Part shown: positions 42,432 to 51,884 of the stretch, piece by piece
How the letters are laid out: every line of letters starts with the position of its first letter
How positions within the stretch are numbered: the stretch's first letter is position 1
DNA from: Leptonemataceae bacterium
Lineage (GTDB): Bacteria > Spirochaetota > Leptospiria > Leptospirales > Leptonemataceae
Assembly: GCA_965227295.1 (NCBI GenBank)
Contig: OZ245742.1
Location: 1,472,001-1,536,000 of the forward strand
Reading direction: 5' to 3'
DNA length: 64,000 bases
Notes under the pieces: model-generated
What the model was told of the DNA's origin: nothing
The model's database searches: none
The model's input: only the letters and a program-made list of their open reading frames with translations
Position numbers and translations under genes: made by a program

Positions 42432-42442
42432 AATCCTGGCCG

Positions 42443-42600
42443 CCCCGAATCATGTTGTAATAGATCGGGTAAGAATTTTTTGGGCGCCTCCACGGCCTTC
42501 GGCCGCGGTCGGGCTGCTACGGGCTCGCGCATTCGCGCTCGTTCCTCCGCGCTTCGCGCTCCGGAATTGCGCTGCGCGCAACCCTTCGCATCCCTGGCGC
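42443..42600 (-). repeat. Full copy of the multi-hairpin repeat, left arm of an inverted doublet
   Basis: Reverse complement aligns with 56410-56531 (gcgccagggat..aagggttgcg..cgcaa.tccggagc...agcccg...ggcgcccaaaaa). Confidence 0.85.
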
Positions 42601-42610
42601 TTGTAAATCG

Positions 42611-42735
42611 AGGCTCTTCGCGTCAGCGATGCGGAGGGGGCCGAAGGCCGTCGCGCGAAGCGCGACCGCAGCGAAGCGGAGCCTGGAGCAGCGCGGTGTC
42701 CGCCGCCTGGGCCTGGCGGCGGGCAGACGCCCAAA
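42611..42735 (+). repeat. Copy of the multi-hairpin repeat, right arm of the inverted doublet
   Basis: Begins aggctcttcgcg like 56401; its 3' half matches 9-82; ends cgcccaaaa. Confidence 0.85.
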
Positions 42736-42866
42736 AGAAAAATACCCTGTCATGCCCCCTTTCGTCTCAGGGCGGCGGCGTTTTTCTGTCACTTTGATCA
42801 AGCGAAAAATCGTTTGACCGGGGCGTTTTTCGGCATTTTTCTACCTTTTCCAGCGGAGTCTGCCCT

Positions 42867-44867
42867 ATGAGTGCAACCATAACCCAGGACAAAGTCAAGA
42901 TCGGCCTCGCCCAGATCAACAACAGCTTTTCCGGAGCCAGCTACTTCCCCTACGCGGTGGGAATGCTACAAACCTACGCGCAGAAGCATGCGGAGCATCC
43001 GGAGCGCTACGAGTTCCACATCCCCGTATACCGCCGGGAGAACGTGGAGACGGCCGTAGAGAAACTCCTCGGCAACGACATTGTCGGCTTCAGTACGTAT
43101 GTGTGGAACGTTCGACTGTCGCTGGAAATCGCGCGGCGCATTAAGGAGCGCCGACCGGAAACGACCATCATCTTTGGCGGGCCCCAGGTTCCGGATCGCG
43201 CCGAACAGTTCATGCTGGACTATCGCTTCATCGACATCGGTGTCCACGCCGAGGGCGAACAGGTCTTCCTCAAAATTCTCGAAAGTTACCCAAACGTGGA
43301 CCTCGAAAACATTCCGTCCATTTCCTGGGTCGACGAGAGCGGAACCTTCCGCACGAACCCGAAACTGGACCGCCTCAAGGATCTCGAAGAGATTCCGTCC
43401 CCGTACCTGGAAGGCGTGTTCGATCATCTCATGGAGGCGGACCCGGAAGCCGAGTGGCTGGCGCTCTGGGAGACCAACCGCGGCTGCCCGTTCTCGTGTA
43501 CATTCTGCGACTGGGGCTCCGCCACCGTGGCGAAGGTGAATCGTTTCGACATCGAACGCCTGTACAAAGAGGTCGATTGGTTCTCGAATAAAAAGATTGA
43601 ATTCATCTTCTGTTGCGACGCGAACTTCGGCATTCTGCCGCGGGACATGGACATCGCCAACTACGTCGCCGACATCAAAGAAAAGACCGGCTACCCGCGC
43701 GCGCTGTCCGTGCAGAACACGAAGAACCGCGTCGAGCGCGCCTACGAGGTCCAGAAGAAGCTGGCCACGAGCGGCTTGAATAAGGGCGTCACGCTCTCGC
43801 TGCAATCCGTGGACGAACAAACACTCACGGACATCCGCCGGCAGAACATCTCGTCCGAATCGTACGAAATCTTACAGAAACGCTTCACCGAGGATCGCAT
43901 CGAAACTTACAGCGATGTGATCTTAGCGCTTCCCGGTGAGACTTACGAAACGTTCACGAAAGGCGTGTCGACGATCATCAACCAGGGGCAGCACAACCGC
44001 ATTCAGTTCAACAACCTCTCGATTCTGCCGAACGCCGAGATGGGCGATCCCGAGTATCAGAAAAAGTACGGCATGAAGATGGTGGAATCGCGCATCATCA
44101 ACATCCACGGCTCGCTCACGGATCGCGAAGAGTTCGACGAGGCCATTCAGGAAATGCAGGAGTTGGTGATCGGTACGGACGCCATGCCGGAGCCGGACTG
44201 GGTACGCGTGCGCGTCTTCTCCTGGATGATGGCGCTGCTTCATTTCAACAAGGTCTTTCAGATTCCCATGGTCATCACCAACGCGGTGAGCGGCCTGCCC
44301 TGGCACGAGATCGTCGAGCTGTTCACCGAGGGTGACCTCGGCCAGTATCCGAACCTGCGCCGCATCCGTGAGTTCCTGGTGGCAACGGCCGAAGACATCC
44401 AGCAGGGCGGACCGGAGTACGTGCCGTCCAGAGAATGGCTGAACATCTACTGGCCGGCGGACGAGTACATTTTGATCGAACTCATCGCCACCGAAAAGCT
44501 CGGCCGTTTCTATCAGGAGGCCGGCGAACTGATCCTCGACTATCTCGAAAAAGAGCACCTGGACGTACCGAAGAAAATCATCGAGGACGCCATCTCGCTG
44601 AACTTCGGCCTCATGAAGCTGCCCTTTCAGACGGAAGACCTTGAGGTACACACCTCCTACAACATCTGGGAGTACTACCGCTCGCTGCTCGTGAAGGGAT
44701 CGGTGCAACTCGTCGAACAGGATACGCGCTATCACATCGATCGTACCACGGAGACCTGGAACTCCTGGGATCATTACTGCAAAGAAGTGATCTGGTACGG
44801 CAACAAGAAGGGCGCCTACCTCTACACGAACAAAAACCTGGAAATGCAGCTCGCCGGTCACTTCTGA
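42867..44867 (+). CDS. Cobalamin-binding radical SAM protein
   Basis: N-terminal B12-binding-like domain (GFSTYVWN, IFGGPQ, EGE), ETNRGCPFSCTFCDWG (CxxxCxxC), DANFG, LPGET. Confidence 0.88.
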   Translation: MSATITQDKVKIGLAQINNSFSGASYFPYAVGMLQTYAQKHAEHPERYEFHIPVYRRENVETAVEKLLGNDIVGFSTYVWNVRLSLEIARRIKERRPETTIIFGGPQVPDRAEQFMLDYRFIDIGVHAEGEQVFLKILESYPNVDLENIPSISWVDESGTFRTNPKLDRLKDLEEIPSPYLEGVFDHLMEADPEAEWLALWETNRGCPFSCTFCDWGSATVAKVNRFDIERLYKEVDWFSNKKIEFIFCCDANFGILPRDMDIANYVADIKEKTGYPRALSVQNTKNRVERAYEVQKKLATSGLNKGVTLSLQSVDEQTLTDIRRQNISSESYEILQKRFTEDRIETYSDVILALPGETYETFTKGVSTIINQGQHNRIQFNNLSILPNAEMGDPEYQKKYGMKMVESRIINIHGSLTDREEFDEAIQEMQELVIGTDAMPEPDWVRVRVFSWMMALLHFNKVFQIPMVITNAVSGLPWHEIVELFTEGDLGQYPNLRRIREFLVATAEDIQQGGPEYVPSREWLNIYWPADEYILIELIATEKLGRFYQEAGELILDYLEKEHLDVPKKIIEDAISLNFGLMKLPFQTEDLEVHTSYNIWEYYRSLLVKGSVQLVEQDTRYHIDRTTETWNSWDHYCKEVIWYGNKKGAYLYTNKNLEMQLAGHF

Positions 44868-44878
44868 TCGGCGGTCGT

Positions 44879-45874
44879 TTGCCGCTAACCTTGAAATATC
44901 GCACATTAGGAAACACGGAGCTCTCCGTTTCGGAGATCGGCTTCGGCTGCTGGGGCATCGGCGGGGACCACAAGGGCGCGGTGGCCTACGGCAAAACCGA
45001 CGACGTTCAATCCCTGCGCGCCCTCCAGGCCGCGGTAGACGAAGGCATCAACTTCTTCGATACCTCGGACTTTTACGGCTACGGCCACAGCGAGGAGTTG
45101 CTGGGCCGCGCTTTCGAAACGCCGGCGTTGCAAGAGCAGACCGTCATCGCTTCGAAGGGCGGCATGCTGGACCCCGACGGGAACCAGGATTTTTCTAAGC
45201 ATCATATCCAGACAGTCCTGGAAGGCAGCCTGCGCCGGCTCAAGCGAGAACGCATCGACCTCTATCAACTGCACAGCCCGGCCGCGGCGGATCTCGGCGG
45301 AGCGCAGCTCCAGGAGACGATCGGTTTTCTGGAAGATGCGCGGAGCGGCGGCAAGATCGGCGTGCTCGGCTTCAGCGCGCGTTCACCCCAGGAGGCTGTC
45401 GCCGCCCTGGAGCTCTATCCGTTCGCGGCGGTGCAGGTAAACTTCAACCTGACGGACCAGCGTGCCCGTGATTGCAATCTGTTCGAGGTCTGCGCGGAAC
45501 GCGGAGCGGGCATCATCGTCCGTACGCCGCTGTGCTTCGGTTTTTTGACCGGCGACTACAACGAAAACACGGGCTTTCCCGAGGGCGACCATCGCAATCG
45601 CTGGCCGGAAGCGCAAAAGAAACTCTGGTTCGGTGCGCTGAAGACTTACGAGTCTATCTACGACGATTACTCCGAGTTCATGAACCGTACGCAGTTTGCG
45701 CTGCAATACTGCCTGAGTTACGCCGGCGTCGCGACGACGATTCCGGGGATGCTCACCGAAGAACACGTGCGGGACAACGCCGCGGCGTCCGACGTGCGGC
45801 GCAAGCTCGGCAAGGCGGACCTGGGGAAGATTGAAGCGACCTATGCGAGCACGAACTTCGTGAGCGGGCGCTGA
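44879..45874 (+). CDS. Aldo/keto reductase (start may be TTG 44891)
   Basis: YR.LG.T.L.VSEIGFGCWGIGG, FFDT.D.YG.G.SE, SL.RL....IDLYQLH, IPG. Confidence 0.87.
   Translation: MPLTLKYRTLGNTELSVSEIGFGCWGIGGDHKGAVAYGKTDDVQSLRALQAAVDEGINFFDTSDFYGYGHSEELLGRAFETPALQEQTVIASKGGMLDPDGNQDFSKHHIQTVLEGSLRRLKRERIDLYQLHSPAAADLGGAQLQETIGFLEDARSGGKIGVLGFSARSPQEAVAALELYPFAAVQVNFNLTDQRARDCNLFEVCAERGAGIIVRTPLCFGFLTGDYNENTGFPEGDHRNRWPEAQKKLWFGALKTYESIYDDYSEFMNRTQFALQYCLSYAGVATTIPGMLTEEHVRDNAAASDVRRKLGKADLGKIEATYASTNFVSGR
44885..44909. promoter_or_regulatory. Perfect CTAA-N17-TTAG copy of the dispersed motif at a gene start
   Basis: ctaa ccttgaaatatcgcaca ttag. Confidence 0.6.
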
Positions 45875-45895
45875 GCCGGGCATATCAAAACAAGC

Positions 45896-46837
45896 ATGGT
45901 ATCTGGTAAGATTCTCGTTGCCGGCGCTTCCGGGCTGATCGGCTCCAATCTTCTGCGCCGCCTGCGGGACGACGGGCGGGATGCAAAGGGAACTTACTTT
46001 GCGAACGCGCCGCAGCCGGAAACAGGACTAACTTTCGAACAGCATGACTTTACGAAGTTCGACGATTGCCTGGCTGCCGTCAAAGACTGTGAGACGGTAA
46101 TTCTCTGCGCGAACTCCGTTGCCGGCGCGCAGGCCATGCGCGCGAATCCTACGGCGACGTTGCGACCGAATCTGGCAATTACGGCCGGCCTGTTGGAAGC
46201 CGCATCCCGCAGTAAAGTACAGCGCGTGGTGTTGATCAGCAGCTCGACGGTATATCAAGAAGCGGAACGCGCGCTGAAGGAGAGCGACCTGGACTTGAAC
46301 GTGCAGCCGTATCCGCTCTATCGCGGGGTGGCCTGGTTCCATCGCTACACCGAGCAACTGGCGTTATTTTATCATCAACTGGAAAGGTTCGCCGTGGGTA
46401 TCGTCCGGCCGACGGCGGTCTTCGGTCCGTTCGATCACTTTGAGGACGGCCGGTCACAGATCATTCCGGCGAACATCAAACGTGCCCTGGCGAAAGAAAA
46501 TCCCTACGTCGTTTGGGGTGACGGAACGCCGGTGCGGGATTTCTTGTTTGTAGAGGACTTCGTCAACGACCTGATGCAGTTGATGGACGGCGGCTGCACC
46601 GGCGCGGTGCTGAACTGCGCGAACGGAACGACCATGACCATAGGCGAGGCCGTGCGCGATATACTCGCAGCCTGCGAACACGACGCGGAGGTCCGGTACG
46701 ATCCTTCGAAGCCGTCGGCGATTCCCTATCGTGCGCTGAGCATGGAACGCTGGACCGAAGTCTTCGGTGAGCCGCGGCGCACGCCCTTCGTTGAAGCTGT
46801 TCGGCGCACGGTGGACTGGTATCGCGATCAAGCTTAA
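45896..46837 (+). CDS. NAD-dependent epimerase/reductase (Fcl-like; catalytic YxxxK appears altered)
   Basis: AGASGLIG, SSSTVY, RP..VFGP.D, WGDG.PVRDFL.V.D. Confidence 0.78.
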   Translation: MVSGKILVAGASGLIGSNLLRRLRDDGRDAKGTYFANAPQPETGLTFEQHDFTKFDDCLAAVKDCETVILCANSVAGAQAMRANPTATLRPNLAITAGLLEAASRSKVQRVVLISSSTVYQEAERALKESDLDLNVQPYPLYRGVAWFHRYTEQLALFYHQLERFAVGIVRPTAVFGPFDHFEDGRSQIIPANIKRALAKENPYVVWGDGTPVRDFLFVEDFVNDLMQLMDGGCTGAVLNCANGTTMTIGEAVRDILAACEHDAEVRYDPSKPSAIPYRALSMERWTEVFGEPRRTPFVEAVRRTVDWYRDQA

Positions 46838-46839
46838 GT

Positions 46840-47805
46840 ATGAACAAACGTAACTTACTGATTACCGGGGCCACGGGTTTCATCGGCCGTAACCTGGTGG
46901 AGTACTACGCCGGCCGGGACGACGTAAACGTCTACGCCGTGAACTTTACGCGGCCGGCCTACGACGTGCCCGGCGTAACCTGGATTCAGGCCGATCTTAC
47001 GAAGCAGGACCAGGTGGACGCGCTCTTTTCGAAATTCGCCGTCGACGAGGTGGTGCACGCCGCGGCCACGACTTCCGGCGCGGCGCAGATTGTGGAGAAG
47101 CCTTATATTCACGTGGCCGATAACGCGATCATGAACTCGATGATGCTGCGCGCGACGTTCGACTACTCGGTGAAACATTTCGTTTTTTTCAGCTGTACGA
47201 TCATGTATCCCCCCGGCGATCGTCCCCTGCGCGAGGACGACCTTGATCTGAACCGGGAATTGCAGAAAAACTATTTTCCCGCCGGCTGGACGAAGATGTA
47301 CATCGAAAAGATGTGCGAATTTTACGCGCGCCTGGGACGCACGCGGTATACGGTACTGCGGCACAGCAACGTCTTCGGACCCCACGATAAGTTCGATCCG
47401 GAACGCTCGCACGTCTTCGGCGGCACGGTTACGAAAGTAATGCGCGCCGAGGAGAACTCGAACATCCAGGTGTGGGGTACCGGCGAAGAGGGACGGGATC
47501 TTCTGTTCGTGGACGACCTCGTGCGTTGCGTGGACGTCGTGCTGGATAAACAGAACCAGCCATATGCCATGTACAACGTCGGCTCGGAACGCACGATCCA
47601 GGTCAAACAGCTCGTGCAAAAGGTCATCGAGCTTTCCGGAAAACGGCTCGGCACCGAACACGATCTCAGCAAGCCGACGATTCCGACGACCATCAGCATC
47701 GATTGCTCCCGCATTCGCGAGGATCTGGGCTGGTCCGCCGGGGCCGACTTCGACGAGGCCGTCCGGAAAACCCTGCACTGGTACAAAGAGAACATTCTAA
47801 ATTAA
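46840..47805 (+). CDS. NAD-dependent epimerase/reductase (Fcl-like)
   Basis: TGATGFIG, AATTSGA, RHSN.FGPHDK, WGTG.E.RDLL. Confidence 0.8.
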   Translation: MNKRNLLITGATGFIGRNLVEYYAGRDDVNVYAVNFTRPAYDVPGVTWIQADLTKQDQVDALFSKFAVDEVVHAAATTSGAAQIVEKPYIHVADNAIMNSMMLRATFDYSVKHFVFFSCTIMYPPGDRPLREDDLDLNRELQKNYFPAGWTKMYIEKMCEFYARLGRTRYTVLRHSNVFGPHDKFDPERSHVFGGTVTKVMRAEENSNIQVWGTGEEGRDLLFVDDLVRCVDVVLDKQNQPYAMYNVGSERTIQVKQLVQKVIELSGKRLGTEHDLSKPTIPTTISIDCSRIREDLGWSAGADFDEAVRKTLHWYKENILN

Positions 47806-47819
47806 GAGAGTAGCACAAC

Positions 47820-48818
47820 ATGCCCGAAGCGAGAAAATTTCAGCGCGCCCTGATTACCGGCATTACCGGTTCCGGGAGCTCCTACCTGGCGGAGTACATC
47901 GCCGAACATCAGCCGAACGTGGAGATTCACGGCATCGCGCGCTGGCACAGTACCACCGGCAATCAGAACCTGGAAAACATCGCCGATCGCGTTAAGGTTC
48001 ACGAATGTGATCTTACGGATCTCAGTGCCGTGTTTCGTACGCTGGAAGAGGTGCAGCCGGACGTGATTTTCCACCTGGCGTCCCATGCGAACGTGCGCGC
48101 TGGTTTTACCACGCCCCTCGCCGTGATCAACAACAACGTCATGTCCACGGCGAATCTGCTGGAAGGCGTACGCATGACGAAGATCGATCCGGTCTTCAAG
48201 CTGTGCAGCACTTCGGAGGTTTACGGCCAGGTGGATCCGAAGAACGTTCCCATCAACGAAGAATGTCCCATCCAACCGTCGAGCCCGTACGCCGTCTCCA
48301 AGACGACCCAGGATTTCCTGGGCCTCGCTTACTTTCGCAGCTACGGCATGAAGATCATTCGCACGCGCATGTTCGCGTACCTCAATCCGCGCCGGGCCGA
48401 TCTGTTCGCCACCTCTTTCGCGAGACAGGTAGCGCGCATCGAGGCCGGCTATCAAAAAGAGCTGCGCCACGGAAACCTGGAATCCACGCGCACGCTGATC
48501 GATGTGCGGGACGCCATGGAGGCCTACTGGATTGCGGCGGCGTGTTGCGAGCCTGGTGAGGCCTACAACATGGGCGGAACCACCGTCATTAAAGTGGGAG
48601 AATTCCTGGACGTGCTCAAGAAGCTGGCGAAAACGGAGATTCCCAGCAGCGTGGACCCGGCGTTGTTGCGCCCGGCGGACGTAACGTTGCAGATTCCGGA
48701 CTGCAGCAAATTCGAGCGGGCTACCGGATGGAAAACGAAGTACTCTTTCGAGCAGAGCGTGGACTTCTTGCTCTCTCACTGGCGGGAGAAAGTCCAACGA
48801 GAAGGCGAGAAGGCCTGA
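47820..48818 (+). CDS. GDP-sugar 4,6-dehydratase (Gmd/DmhA-like)
   Basis: LITGITG..SYLAE, FHLAS.ANV, STSEVYG, PYAVSK, GNL...R...DVRD, LLRPADV. Confidence 0.8.
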   Translation: MPEARKFQRALITGITGSGSSYLAEYIAEHQPNVEIHGIARWHSTTGNQNLENIADRVKVHECDLTDLSAVFRTLEEVQPDVIFHLASHANVRAGFTTPLAVINNNVMSTANLLEGVRMTKIDPVFKLCSTSEVYGQVDPKNVPINEECPIQPSSPYAVSKTTQDFLGLAYFRSYGMKIIRTRMFAYLNPRRADLFATSFARQVARIEAGYQKELRHGNLESTRTLIDVRDAMEAYWIAAACCEPGEAYNMGGTTVIKVGEFLDVLKKLAKTEIPSSVDPALLRPADVTLQIPDCSKFERATGWKTKYSFEQSVDFLLSHWREKVQREGEKA

Positions 48819-48845
48819 AGCACTAACATATTGTAAAACAATCTT

Positions 48846-50042
48846 ATGAGCACGAACACGAACGCTACCAAACTCGACTGGCCGCTCATGGCCAACAACA
48901 TCACCAGGGAAGACCTGGATCTTCTCATCGACTTCCTGAAACAGGACGATCCGATTCTCACCCAATCGAAGAACGTAAAGGCCTTCGAGGCCGAGTGGTC
49001 CGAGTGGGTCGGCATGAAGTACAGCGTCTTTGTAAATTCCGGATCGTCGGCGAACCTGCTGGCCGTGGCGGCGCTCAAGGCCGTCCGGGGCGAAGGTGAA
49101 GTGATCGTTTCCCCGTTCGGCTGGGTGAGCGACATCGCTTCGGTCATTCAGTGCGGATACAAGCCGGTGTTCGCGGACATTAACCCGCGGACGTTGTGTA
49201 TGGACGACGAGGCCGTAATCGCGAAGCTGAACGACCACACGAAGGGCGTACTCTTCGTGCACGCCCAGGGCTTCAACGGACTCAGTGACCGTCTGCTCGA
49301 CGAACTTAAAAAACGCGACATCCCGTTGATCGAAGACGTGTGCGAGTCTCACGGTGCCACGTTCAAAGGACGCAGGCTGGGATCGTTCGGACTCATGTCG
49401 TGTTTTTCGTTTTACTACGCGCACCACATGTCCACGATCGAAGGCGGCATGATCTGCACGAACGACGAAGAGGTGTATCAGATTCTGCGTATGTACCGCT
49501 CTCACGGCATGGTCCGCGAGGTAACCGACGAGGCCGTCAAGCAGCGCCACATTTCAGAAAACCCGGAGCTGAACCCGCAGTTCATCTTCGCGTATCCGGC
49601 GTACAACGTGCGCAGTACGGAGATCAACGCCGTCATCGGCCGCAATCAACTCAAGCGCCTGGATGGAAACAACGAGAAGCGCCGCAAAAACTTCAAGCTC
49701 TTCCTGGACCTGCTCGATTCAAAGAAGTATCGCACGGATTTCGAACTGGAGGGCAGTTCCAATTACGCCTTCAACTTGATCTTAAACGAGGCGGATTTCG
49801 ACTTCTGCAATCGGGTGATGGCCGCCCTGGACGAGGCGAACGTGGAGTACCGTCGCGGCAGTGCCGGCGGCGGCAATCAACTGCGCCAGCCCTATCTCAA
49901 AGACTACATCAAGGCCGAAGAGTACAAGGATCTGAAAGAGCTGGATCACGTGCACTTCTTCGGATTCTACATCGGAAACTATCCCGACCTGCCCGAAGAA
50001 AAGATCCATCGCCTCTGCGAACTTCTGAACGCGGTGCAGTGA
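48846..50042 (+). CDS. PLP-dependent NDP-4-keto-6-deoxysugar 3-dehydratase (ColD/DdhC-like)
   Basis: FVNSGSSANL, EDVCES.GA, SFYYAHHMSTIEGG with His at the position of the aminotransferase Lys, RSHG, YN.R.TEI.A. Confidence 0.78.
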   Translation: MSTNTNATKLDWPLMANNITREDLDLLIDFLKQDDPILTQSKNVKAFEAEWSEWVGMKYSVFVNSGSSANLLAVAALKAVRGEGEVIVSPFGWVSDIASVIQCGYKPVFADINPRTLCMDDEAVIAKLNDHTKGVLFVHAQGFNGLSDRLLDELKKRDIPLIEDVCESHGATFKGRRLGSFGLMSCFSFYYAHHMSTIEGGMICTNDEEVYQILRMYRSHGMVREVTDEAVKQRHISENPELNPQFIFAYPAYNVRSTEINAVIGRNQLKRLDGNNEKRRKNFKLFLDLLDSKKYRTDFELEGSSNYAFNLILNEADFDFCNRVMAALDEANVEYRRGSAGGGNQLRQPYLKDYIKAEEYKDLKELDHVHFFGFYIGNYPDLPEEKIHRLCELLNAVQ

Positions 50043-50076
50043 GCGCCGCCGGGAATCCGACGTAATTCTCTGATCA

Positions 50077-50814
50077 ATGCCGAAAACGCAGTTCGATCAA
50101 ACAGACGCCGTCATCCTCTGCGGCGGCTTCGGCACCCGGTTGCGTTCGGTGGTGAGCGACGTTCCCAAGGGACTCGCGCGCATCGGCGGGCGCCCGTTCC
50201 TGGATATTCTGGTCGATCATCTCAAAGGATACGGCCTGCGCCGGTTCGTCTTCTGTGTCGGCTATCTCAAGGAACAGGTGGTCGAACACTTTCAGAGTCG
50301 CGGCGCTACGGAACCGGACACGGAATACGCATACTCCGAGGAAAACGAACCGCTCGGCACCGGCGGGGCATTAACCAATGCCCGGAAGAAGTTTGTGAAT
50401 GAAAGCTTGCTTGTGCTGAACGGCGACTCGTTCTGCGATGCGGACCTGGCGGCGTTCGCGGAAAGCCACGCTGATCGGGAGGCGGAACTTTCCATCGTAC
50501 TGTATCGCAACGAGGAAACCGGTGACTACGGTACGGTGGATATCGACGCAGAGCAACGCCTCACGGCATTTCGCGAAAAGCAGTATCAATCCGGCGGCGG
50601 ATTGATCAACGCCGGCATTTACCTCATGCCCCGCGCGCTCGTCGACGCTATGCCCCCGGCGCCGTTTTCCCTGGAGAAAGACTTCTTTCCGAACGTGATC
50701 GGCGGGCGTCGCTCATACGGTTTTCTCACCGACGCGCCGGTACTGGACATCGGCACGCCGGAACGGTATGAACAGATCGATCAAATCTTCCGAAGTAAGC
50801 AGCAGTCTTCTTAA
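50077..50814 (+). CDS. hddC: Heptose-1-phosphate guanylyltransferase-like nucleotidyltransferase
   Basis: LCGGFGTRLRSVV.DVPK, GRPFL, E..PLGTGGA, NGDS, INAG.Y, SLEKD, DIGTPE.Y. Confidence 0.8.
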   Translation: MPKTQFDQTDAVILCGGFGTRLRSVVSDVPKGLARIGGRPFLDILVDHLKGYGLRRFVFCVGYLKEQVVEHFQSRGATEPDTEYAYSEENEPLGTGGALTNARKKFVNESLLVLNGDSFCDADLAAFAESHADREAELSIVLYRNEETGDYGTVDIDAEQRLTAFREKQYQSGGGLINAGIYLMPRALVDAMPPAPFSLEKDFFPNVIGGRRSYGFLTDAPVLDIGTPERYEQIDQIFRSKQQSS

Positions 50815-50822
50815 ATTTTTTC

Positions 50823-51884
50823 ATGAAAGCATTGATCGTCGGCCTCGGTTCCATCGGCGCGCGCCACGCGAATAATCTCCATGCGTTGGGCGTGCACGAC
50901 CTCAGCGTCTATCGCACCAGTGATAGACCGCCGCCGCGATCCATTCCGGACGAGGTCCGCACCTTCCACGACTATAACGAGGCGCTCAACGAGAAGCCGG
51001 ACATCGTCATCATCGCGAATCCGACGTCATTGCACCTGGACTTCGCGCTGGAAGCTGCACGCCGGGGTTGTCATCTCTACTTAGAAAAACCCGTGTCGCA
51101 TACCATGAAAGGTGTTGCCGAACTTACGGAGGCTGTGCGTGCAAACGGTTGTACGGCCATCGTCGGTTGCCAGTTGCGTTATCATCCCGGTCTGCGGAAG
51201 GTGAAAGACTGGATTGACGAAGGCCTGGCCGGTCGCATCATGACCGCCCAGGTCGACCTCGGCGAGTACCTCCCCGGCTGGCATCCCTGGGAAGACTATC
51301 GCACGAGCTACGCGGCAAAGTCGGGGATGGGCGGCGGAGTGATACTCACACTCATTCACGAACTGGACTATTGCCATTGGTTGTTCGGTCGCGCACGACG
51401 GATCTTTGCCATGGGCGGGCATCGCACGCTGCTTGAAGTCGGCGAAGACCTGGACGACACGGCGATGATCTCCCTGGAAACCGAGTCCGGTGTGCTGGTG
51501 CAGCTTCGCATGGATTACTGGCGCCGGCCGCCCGTGCGCAGGTTCGCCGCCGCCGGGGATCGAGGCTGTATCCACTGGGACTATACGCACGGAACGGCCG
51601 TGCTTGTGCGCCATCCTGCTGCCGATGCACCCGGCGCCATTCCGGCCGCGGACTGGCAGGACGACATCGTGCAGGAGGCCTTCGCCCTTCCGGACGACTT
51701 TGATCGCAACGAGCTTTTTCTTGATGCTATGAATGATTTTCTGGAATCGATTCGCACCGGGAAGGAGCCGGCGGTGCCCCTGTCCGAGGGCGTGGCCGTG
51801 CTGGAAACGGCCCTGGCCGCGAAGGCTTCGATCCAGGACGGCCAGGTTCACGGCGGAGCCGGGGAGCATTCGTCGGCCCGGTGA
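50823..51884 (+). CDS. Gfo/Idh/MocA oxidoreductase
   Basis: GLGSIG.RH, ANPT.LH, EKP, YLP.WHPWEDYR.SY, GGGV...L.HE.D. Confidence 0.87.
   Translation: MKALIVGLGSIGARHANNLHALGVHDLSVYRTSDRPPPRSIPDEVRTFHDYNEALNEKPDIVIIANPTSLHLDFALEAARRGCHLYLEKPVSHTMKGVAELTEAVRANGCTAIVGCQLRYHPGLRKVKDWIDEGLAGRIMTAQVDLGEYLPGWHPWEDYRTSYAAKSGMGGGVILTLIHELDYCHWLFGRARRIFAMGGHRTLLEVGEDLDDTAMISLETESGVLVQLRMDYWRRPPVRRFAAAGDRGCIHWDYTHGTAVLVRHPAADAPGAIPAADWQDDIVQEAFALPDDFDRNELFLDAMNDFLESIRTGKEPAVPLSEGVAVLETALAAKASIQDGQVHGGAGEHSSAR

Noticed and set aside
42443-42735. CRISPR array, tRNA or rho-independent terminator
   Set aside because: There is no repeat-spacer periodicity and no cloverleaf. On the transcribed + strand the T-run precedes the hairpins and an A-run follows them.
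42450-42817. Small ORFs over the repeat doublet (also 56220-56561 and 56600-56817)
   Set aside because: Low-complexity Arg/Ala translations of GC-rich repeat DNA.
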